The notes under the pieces: generated by a model
Database searches by the model: none
Told to the model about the DNA's origin: nothing
What the model saw: the letters and a program-made list of their open reading frames with translations, nothing else
In this document: piece after piece, positions 57,930-64,000 of the stretch
How positions within the stretch are numbered: position 1 is the first letter of the stretch
How the letters are laid out: the number at the start of each line of letters is the position of its first letter
Origin: Burkholderiales bacterium
Lineage (GTDB): Bacteria > Pseudomonadota > Gammaproteobacteria > Burkholderiales > SG8-39
Assembly (NCBI GenBank): GCA_035632415.1
Contig: DASQGW010000132.1
Span: 2,563-66,562, forward strand
Reading direction: 5' to 3'
Length of the DNA stretch: 64,000 nucleotides
Made by a program: the position numbers and the translations under genes

Positions 57930-58295
57930 ATGCCGAAGACCCTTAGTATCAGTGCAGCCGCTGTCCTTTTTGCGCTGTCGTCCCTCGCCGTCGCCAACGG
58001 CTCGTCGTCCAAGTCGCCGTCCGCCTCGGGCAGCTCGAGCTCGAGCGGCTCGATGAGCAGCACCCCGTCGTCCTCGTCGTCCTCGCCCTCGGCCGCCTCG
58101 GGTGGCACGTCGAGCGACACGCCGAGCAGCAGCTCGACGCCGAGCTTCTCGTCCGTCGACACGAACCACGACGGCAAGATCACGCGCGCGGAGTGGGACG
58201 CTCACTTCGGGAAATCGAGCTCCGGCTCGACCGGCGCCTCGGGCAGCACGTCGTCGCCGAGCACGAGCTCGAGCAGCAGCTCCAGGACGAAGTAA
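57930..58295 (+). CDS. poly-serine-rich secreted protein with one EF-hand loop (121 aa)
   Basis: Signal peptide MPKTLSISAAAVLFALSSLAVA, long Ser tracts and the loop DTNHDGKITRAEW. It ends SSSSSRTK and has the same length as the 1745..2110 protein. Confidence 0.65.
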   Translation: MPKTLSISAAAVLFALSSLAVANGSSSKSPSASGSSSSSGSMSSTPSSSSSSPSAASGGTSSDTPSSSSTPSFSSVDTNHDGKITRAEWDAHFGKSSSGSTGASGSTSSPSTSSSSSSRTK

Positions 58296-58324
58296 CCGGG
58301 CAGCGCTTCAACAGCCTCGCGCCG

Positions 58325-59152
58325 TCACCGATGCAGGTGGCTCCACGGCGCGAGGCGCCGCTCGACCCATTTCAGCGCCGAGGTGAGCGAGACGCCGAGC
58401 ACCATCAGCACGATCACGGGCACGAAGGTCTTGTCCATCTCGAAGTTGTTGGCGTAGCGCGTGATCATGAAGCCGAGGCCGGTGATCGTCGTGTAGAACT
58501 CGGCGATCACCATGCCGACGAGGCCCCGCCCGATCGCGAGCCGGATGCCGGCGGTGACGTAGGGCAGCGCGAAGGGCAGCAGCACGTCCTGCCACATGCG
58601 CCACTCGGTGGAGCGGAAGGAATGCGCCACCTCGAGCATGTTCTTGTCGCACTCGCGCACGCCCTGGTAGGTGCTGATCAGGATCGGGAACACGGCGAAG
58701 AGGAACACCACGATGATCTTCGCCTTGAGGTAGATGCCGAACCACAGCACGAGCAGCGGCACCAGCGCGACGAGCGGCGTGGCATAGAACGCGTTGAGCG
58801 GCAGGTCGAGCGCCCAGTCGAGCCAGCGCACGCGCGCCATCAGCACCGCGAGCGGGATGCCGGCGACGATCGAGGCGAGGAGGCCGTAGAGCAGCACCTC
58901 CAGGCTCTGCCCGAGGAACATCGGCAGCTCGCCCGACACGGTGAGGTTGTAGAACGCCACCGCGATCTTGCTCGGGTAGCTGAAGAAGATCGGATCGATG
59001 TGCGGCCCGACGAGCTGCCAGACGACGAGGAGCAGCGCCGTGAAGCCGTAGCGGAAAAGCGCCGGCCGCTGCCAGAAGGGCAGCGCCGGCTTCTTCGCGG
59101 CCGCAGGCGCCTTGGCTAGAACACCGGCGTCTTGCAGGCGGGCCCCTTCCAC
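58325..59152 (-). CDS. ABC transporter permease (NitT/TauT family)
   Basis: Polytopic, with an EAA-like region (...EVAHSFRSTEWRMWQDVLLPFALPY...). The start is proposed at GTG 59152, overlapping the SBP gene. Start uncertain. Confidence 0.8.
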   Translation of the reverse strand: MEGARLQDAGVLAKAPAAAKKPALPFWQRPALFRYGFTALLLVVWQLVGPHIDPIFFSYPSKIAVAFYNLTVSGELPMFLGQSLEVLLYGLLASIVAGIPLAVLMARVRWLDWALDLPLNAFYATPLVALVPLLVLWFGIYLKAKIIVVFLFAVFPILISTYQGVRECDKNMLEVAHSFRSTEWRMWQDVLLPFALPYVTAGIRLAIGRGLVGMVIAEFYTTITGLGFMITRYANNFEMDKTFVPVIVLMVLGVSLTSALKWVERRLAPWSHLHR

Positions 59153-60129
59153 TCGCCGAGCTTCTTGATCGCCTTCTCGGCGAAGGTCTTGTCGATCGTC
59201 TGGTCGTAGGTCGGCGTCTTGCCCTGCTCGATGTTGCCGACCTTGGTCATGAGCTCGGCGGTGAAGTTGACCCGCTCCGGGTCGAGGCCCGTGTTTGCGT
59301 CCCACAGGCAGTTCTTCACCATGAAGTCGTAGGTGTCGGAGATGATTCTCTCCGGGTAGCCGGTGTGCTTGACCATGATCGGCATCACCTTCGCCTTGTC
59401 CTGGTACATGATGCGCGTCGCCTCGATCGTCGCCTCGACGAAGGCCTGCAGCGCGGCGGCCTTCGACTTGATGGTCTCGTCCTTCACCGCGTAGTAGGTG
59501 TACATCTGCTTCGGCTGCAGCTCCCACATGCGCGCGATGGCGTGCAGGCTCGGCACCTTCTCCTTCGCGAGCATCTCCTGCTCGACGTGCAGGATCGCGG
59601 TATCGACCTGGTTCGCGACCAGCGCCGGCACGTCCTCGCTCGCGATCGTCACGAAGCTCACGTCCTTGGGATCGATCTTCGCGGCTCGCAGCACGCTCTT
59701 GCTCAGGATGTCGGCGAAGCCGCCCGGCTGCTGGATGCCGATCCTCTTGCCCTTGAGGTCCGCCATCGTCTTGATGTCGCCGCGCACCACCATCGAGGCC
59801 TCGAACTTGTAGAGCGTGCCGAGGATGCCCTTCACCTTGGAGCCCTTCGAGATCGCCACCGAGGTGACCGTGCCCGGCACCTGCCCGACGTCGACGTTGC
59901 CGGCAAGCATGGCGCGGAACACCTTGACGCCGTCCTCGAGCGCGACCGTCTTCACCGTCACCCCGTGCTTCTTGAAGAGCCCGAGGTCCTGCGCCACGAG
60001 CACCGGCATGTGCACGACGTTGGGCGGCGTGGTCGGCATGCCGACCACGAGATCCTGCGCCTGACTCGCGAACGGCGCGGCGAGCGCGCCAGCCGCGAGC
60101 GCGGCTATTGCCAAGCGAAAACTACGCAT
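59116..60129 (-). CDS. ABC transporter substrate-binding protein (NMT1/THI5-like, NitT/TauT family)
   Basis: Starts MRSFRLAIAALAAGALAAPFASQA, a signal peptide, with a GGAGGAGGAG SD. Confidence 0.85.
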   Translation of the reverse strand: MRSFRLAIAALAAGALAAPFASQAQDLVVGMPTTPPNVVHMPVLVAQDLGLFKKHGVTVKTVALEDGVKVFRAMLAGNVDVGQVPGTVTSVAISKGSKVKGILGTLYKFEASMVVRGDIKTMADLKGKRIGIQQPGGFADILSKSVLRAAKIDPKDVSFVTIASEDVPALVANQVDTAILHVEQEMLAKEKVPSLHAIARMWELQPKQMYTYYAVKDETIKSKAAALQAFVEATIEATRIMYQDKAKVMPIMVKHTGYPERIISDTYDFMVKNCLWDANTGLDPERVNFTAELMTKVGNIEQGKTPTYDQTIDKTFAEKAIKKLGEWKGPACKTPVF

Positions 60130-60206
60130 TGCTCCTCCTCCTCTGGTCTGTTTTCTTCTCTTCCGCGGCGACTCTGCTACCGCGACTCTTAACACAGGCT
60201 TACGGC

Positions 60207-60977
60207 TCACACGATGAATTCAGCCTCGCGCGCCTCCTTCATGAGCGTGCTCCAGACATGCTCGCGCAGCTCGACGAAGCGAGGGTGCACCAGGGTCTCG
60301 CGCCCGCGCGTGCGCGGCAGGTCGACCCGGACCGTCTCGTGCACCCCGCTCGGCCGTCCCTTCAGCACCACCACCCGGTCGCCCATGAGCACCGCCTCGT
60401 CGATCGAGTGCGTGACGAACACCATGGTGGTGGGCTTCAGCTCCCAGATGCGCAGGAGCTCGAACTGGAGGATCTCGCGCGTCTGCGCGTCGACCGCGCC
60501 GAACGGCTCGTCCATGAGGAGCACGCGCGGCTCGACGGCGAGCGCGCGGGCGAGGCCGCAGCGCTGCTGCATGCCGCCGGAGATCTGGTAGGGATAGTAG
60601 GTCTCGAAGCCCTTGAGCCCGACGAGCTGCACGTAGCGCGGCGCCTTCTCCTCGATCTCGGCCCGCGAGGCGCCCGTGACCTTGAGCCCGTAGGCCACGT
60701 TTTCCGCGACGGTCTTCCACGGGAAGAGCCCGAAGTGCTGGAACACCATCGCCACGCCCTCGCGCGGCCCGGTGACCACCTGGTTCTCGATGCGGATCTC
60801 GCCCGCGTCGAGCGGGATCAGGCCGTCGATGCAGCGCAGCAGCGTCGTCTTGCCGCAGCCGGAAGGGCCGATGATCGCCACCACCTCCCGCTCGCCCACC
60901 TCGAGGTTCACGCCTCGAAACACCTCGAGCGCGCCGAAGTGCTTCCCTGCCCCGTTGATCGCGATCCGCGCCTGCAT
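60207..60977 (-). CDS. ABC transporter ATP-binding protein (NitT/TauT family)
   Basis: Walker A GPSGCGKTT, signature ISGGMQQR and Walker B LLMDEPFGAVD. Confidence 0.9.
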   Translation of the reverse strand: MQARIAINGAGKHFGALEVFRGVNLEVGEREVVAIIGPSGCGKTTLLRCIDGLIPLDAGEIRIENQVVTGPREGVAMVFQHFGLFPWKTVAENVAYGLKVTGASRAEIEEKAPRYVQLVGLKGFETYYPYQISGGMQQRCGLARALAVEPRVLLMDEPFGAVDAQTREILQFELLRIWELKPTTMVFVTHSIDEAVLMGDRVVVLKGRPSGVHETVRVDLPRTRGRETLVHPRFVELREHVWSTLMKEAREAEFIV

Positions 60978-60996
60978 CGGCCGAATCCTATCTCAC

Positions 60997-61302
60997 CTAT
61001 TCCGGGGAGGGCGGCAGCGGAAACGCCGCGTAGACGGCATGGCACGCCTCGTCGTACGAGCGCTCGCCGATCGCCGCATAGGCGAGGAACCCCGCGCTCA
61101 AGGCAGCGCCCGCCACGAGCATCCGGCGCCGGCGCGGACGCAGAAAAGCATGCGCGCTCGAAGCGAGGCCGATCACCGCGATCATCACGCCCAGCCAGAT
61201 CGAGTAGATGTAGTTCTCCGCGCCGACGAGCGTGGACGAGAGCATGAAGCCGCACACCGCCGGCATCTGCGCCCAGGCGAGCACGCCGAAGACGAGCGAC
61301 AC
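60997..61302 (-). CDS. small membrane protein (start uncertain)
   Basis: Three hydrophobic segments. The minimal model starts at a GTG. The hydrophobic N-terminus extends upstream to an in-frame ATT at 61347, which lies 6 nt after AAGGGAAG and 2 nt after the upstream stop. Confidence 0.4.
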   Translation of the reverse strand: MSLVFGVLAWAQMPAVCGFMLSSTLVGAENYIYSIWLGVMIAVIGLASSAHAFLRPRRRRMLVAGAALSAGFLAYAAIGERSYDEACHAVYAAFPLPPSPE

Positions 61303-61349
61303 GGCGGCGACGAATAGATTGCCCGGCTCTTTACGGTCGGTCTGAATGA

Positions 61350-61679
61350 TTATCTTCCCTTGTGCGCTTCCTCGAACGACTCCAGCGTCCGCTTCAGATC
61401 GTCGAGCAAGGGAAGCCACCGGGCCGATTCCGCGTCCTTCGCGATCGACCGCAGGAGTTCGCCCAGGCTTCCGCGCTCGCGCAAGGCGTGCTTGCCGTCG
61501 AGGTAATCGAGGATCTGCTGCTCGAACTCGTCGATGCGCAGGCTGCCCGCGCCTAGCCCGCAAGAGCAGTTGCCGCCCATGAGGACGTGGCCCTGCGCGA
61601 GGCTCGTCCATTTGCCGAGGAGCTGCGCGGCTTCGATCCTCGCGTTTCTCGCCTTCGCGCGTTTGCTAAGCTTTGCCAC
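61350..61679 (-). CDS. hypothetical protein (109 aa)
   Basis: ORF with coding-like composition, divergent from the hydantoinase genes. No family was recognised. Confidence 0.55.
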   Translation of the reverse strand: MAKLSKRAKARNARIEAAQLLGKWTSLAQGHVLMGGNCSCGLGAGSLRIDEFEQQILDYLDGKHALRERGSLGELLRSIAKDAESARWLPLLDDLKRTLESFEEAHKGR

Positions 61680-61700
61680 CCTCCAACCAGAATAAACATC

Positions 61701-63779
61701 TTGGCTCCTTCACGAAAGGCTCATACCCGCCTCGCGGTCGACATCGGCGGCACGTTCACCGACGTCGCCGCGTTCGACGAACAATCCGGGCGCCTGCTCC
61801 TCGGCAAGGCGCTTTCCACCCCGGCCCGGCTGGTCGACGGCATCACCCACGGCGTGGAAAAGGCCGCCGTGCGCTACGCCGATGCGTCGATCTTCATGCA
61901 CGGCTCGACCATCGCGATCAATACGCTCCTCGAGCGCAAGGGCGCGAGGACCGCGCTCGTCACGACGGAAGGCTTCCGCGACGTGTACGAGATCGGCCGC
62001 ATCAACCGGCCCGACTCCTACAACCTGTACTTCCACAAGCACGTGCCGCTCGTGCCGCGCTCGCTCGCGTTCGAAGTGCGCGAGCGCATGACCGCCGAAG
62101 GCGACGTGCACATCGCGCTCGACGAGGCGAGCGTGCTCGAGGTCTGCCGGCAGCTCAAGCGGCAGAAAGTCGACGCCGTCGCCATCATGCTCCTGCACTG
62201 CTACGTGAACCCGGACCACGAGGCGCGCGTGAAGGCGATCGTGCAGCGCGAGCTGCCGCACGCCTTCGTCACCGCTTCGCACGAGCTTTCGCAGGAATAC
62301 CGCGAGTTCGAGCGCTGCTCGACGGTGGCCGCCAACGCCTACATCGGACCGGTGGTGAGCGAGTACGTGCGCGGCATCGACGAGCACCTCAAAGGCTCGG
62401 GATTCGGCGGCTCGTTCCTGCTCGTGCAATCGACCGGCGGCCTTTACGAATCGCACCAGGCGCAGCGCCAGTGCGTGCGCATGCTGGAATCGGGTCCCGC
62501 GGCCGGCGTCATCGGCGCGCAGGCGCTCTGCCGCGAGATCGGCCTCGACGATGCCGTCGCCTTCGACATGGGCGGCACCACGGCGAAGGCCGGCGTGATC
62601 TATCGCGGCGAGGCGCTCACCACGGGAGTGGCGCTGGTGGGCGGCTACGCGCAAGCGCTGCCGGTGCAGATCCCGATGATGGACATCTTCGAGGTCGGCA
62701 CCGGCGGCGGCAGCATCGCCTCCGTCACGGACAGCGGCGCCTTGCGCGTCGGGCCGCAGAGCGCAGGTGCCGAGCCCGGACCGGCCTGCTATGGGCGCGG
62801 CGGCGAGGCTCCGACGGTCACCGACGCGAACCTGGTGCTCGGCCGGCTCGGCGCGACGCGCTTCCTCGGCGGCGAGATGACGCTGGACGAGGCTGCCGCA
62901 CGGCGGGCTATAGAAGACAGGGTGGCAAAACCACTCGGCGTGGACGTCACTCGGGCGGCGGACGGGATCCTGCGCATCGCCACCACGGCGATGTCCTACG
63001 CCGTGAAGGCCGTCTCCACCGAGCGCGGCCTCGACGCCGCCGCCTTCGCGCTCATCGCCTACGGCGGCGCCGGACCGCTGCATGCTTCCGCGATCGCACG
63101 CGAGATCGGCATGCAGCGAGTGATCGTGCCGCGCGTGCCCGGGCACTTCTGCGCCTTCGGCATGCTGTTCTCGGATCTCCGCTACGACCTGGTGCGCACC
63201 TGGTTCACGCGCCTTGCGGATGTTTCCTTCGACGCGATTCACGCCATTTACGAGGAATTGATAGGGGAAGGGCGAAAAGCGCTGGCCGCATCGGGCATCC
63301 GGCCGCAGCGCGTGACGATCTCGCGCGCCGCCGACATGCGCTACGTCGGGCAGGAGCATCCAGTGACGGTGCAGCTGCCGCCGGACGTCTTCCACCGGCG
63401 CGATCCCGAGGCGCTCAAGCGCCAGTTCGACGAGGAGCACCTGCGCCGCTACGGCACCAACGCACCCAGCGAGCGCGCCGAGATCGTGAGCCTGCGCGCC
63501 GCGGTGAGCGGCGTGCTGAAGAAGCCGCCGATGGAGCGCATCGCGCGCGGCGGGAAGGAGCCGCTCGCCTCGGCGCGCCGCGGCACCCGCCGGGCTTTTT
63601 TTGGAAAGCACATGGCTACGCCGACCTTCGCTCGCGAGGCGCTGCGCGCGGGGAACACCATCGCCGGGCCGGCGCTCATCGAGGAGCACGCCTCCACCAC
63701 GGTCCTCCTGCCCGGCGACCGGATGAAGGTGGACGCGTTCGGCAACCTGGAAATCGAAGTGGGCAGGAGGCGCGCATGA
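61701..63779 (+). CDS. hydantoinase/oxoprolinase family protein (HyuA-like)
   Basis: The proposed TTG start gives (M)APSRKAHTRLAVDIGGTFTDV, the family N-terminus. The rest of the 692 aa is HyuA-like. Confidence 0.85.
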   Translation: MAPSRKAHTRLAVDIGGTFTDVAAFDEQSGRLLLGKALSTPARLVDGITHGVEKAAVRYADASIFMHGSTIAINTLLERKGARTALVTTEGFRDVYEIGRINRPDSYNLYFHKHVPLVPRSLAFEVRERMTAEGDVHIALDEASVLEVCRQLKRQKVDAVAIMLLHCYVNPDHEARVKAIVQRELPHAFVTASHELSQEYREFERCSTVAANAYIGPVVSEYVRGIDEHLKGSGFGGSFLLVQSTGGLYESHQAQRQCVRMLESGPAAGVIGAQALCREIGLDDAVAFDMGGTTAKAGVIYRGEALTTGVALVGGYAQALPVQIPMMDIFEVGTGGGSIASVTDSGALRVGPQSAGAEPGPACYGRGGEAPTVTDANLVLGRLGATRFLGGEMTLDEAAARRAIEDRVAKPLGVDVTRAADGILRIATTAMSYAVKAVSTERGLDAAAFALIAYGGAGPLHASAIAREIGMQRVIVPRVPGHFCAFGMLFSDLRYDLVRTWFTRLADVSFDAIHAIYEELIGEGRKALAASGIRPQRVTISRAADMRYVGQEHPVTVQLPPDVFHRRDPEALKRQFDEEHLRRYGTNAPSERAEIVSLRAAVSGVLKKPPMERIARGGKEPLASARRGTRRAFFGKHMATPTFAREALRAGNTIAGPALIEEHASTTVLLPGDRMKVDAFGNLEIEVGRRRA

Positions 63780-64000
63780 AGCGACGCAAGGTCGACGCGG
63801 TCCTCACCGAGATCGTGCGGAACGGCGTCATCGCGGTGACCGAGGAGATGAAGACCAACCTCATGCGCACCGCCTACAACATGATCATCTACGAGGCGCT
63901 CGACTTCACCGTCGGCCTCTACACGCCCGAAGGCGAGACGGTGTCGATCGGCCTCGGCCTGCCGAGCTTCATCCGCGGCATGGCGGAGACGGTGAAGGCA
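63776..64000 (+). CDS. hydantoinase B/oxoprolinase family protein (HyuB-like), 3' end outside window
   Basis: ATGA overlap with the HyuA-like gene. MKRRKVDAVLTEIVRNGVIAVTEEMKTNLMRTAYNMIIYEALDFTVGLY is the typical HyuB N-terminus. Confidence 0.8.
   Translation, partial: MKRRKVDAVLTEIVRNGVIAVTEEMKTNLMRTAYNMIIYEALDFTVGLYTPEGETVSIGLGLPSFIRGMAETVKA

Noticed and set aside
61710-63689. 659-aa minus-strand ORF
   Set aside because: It is antisense to the HyuA-like gene, which has the diagnostic VDIGGTFTD N-terminus. It is a shadow ORF.

Overview
This is a high-GC, densely coding bacterial chromosomal segment. Gene content looks proteobacterial: TRAP and Liv-type ABC transporters, DUF4124, LemA and two ECF sigma factors. 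I support about 75 protein-coding genes, two of them partial at the window edges. I found no rRNA, tRNA, CRISPR array, transposase, integrase or phage genes.

Most of the window is ordinary metabolism and transport:
- FAH-family hydrolase, MetE-like methyltransferase and an enolase-superfamily enzyme.
- A quinate/shikimate-type catabolic cluster with a TRAP transporter.
- An aldehyde dehydrogenase plus Liv-type ABC operon.
- A ThDP enzyme, an enoyl-CoA hydratase, a glycosyltransferase and a formamidase.
- A NitT/TauT ABC transporter and hydantoinase A/B.

The most interesting region is a co-directional six-gene block on the minus strand (30239-38061). It encodes, in order:
- a GAF-PP2C-RsbW-like fusion protein;
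- a STAS antagonist;
- an ECF sigma factor;
- an anti-sigma factor whose whole extracytoplasmic part is about 24 tandem decapeptide repeats (ANPQAFQAMA), written by a 30-bp DNA tandem array;
- an exported protein of about 980 aa with an HExxH motif and beta-propeller repeats;
- a PrsW-family intramembrane protease.

Other notable items:
- A def / type III PKS / methyltransferase / FAD-oxidoreductase operon, predicted to make a phenolic lipid.
- A 27-bp palindromic repeat family with seven copies. Six of them form three inward-facing pairs bracketing small cassettes at 52.5-56.3 kb.
- A decayed GIY-YIG nuclease gene flanked by 30-bp inverted hairpin repeats.
- A perfect 24-bp-stem AT-rich hairpin that supplies the C-terminus of a permease.
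- Three small paralog families of secreted proteins.
- Several genes whose conserved N-termini begin only at in-frame ATT codons.

All functional calls rest on reading the translated sequences and on remembered family motifs. No database search was run.
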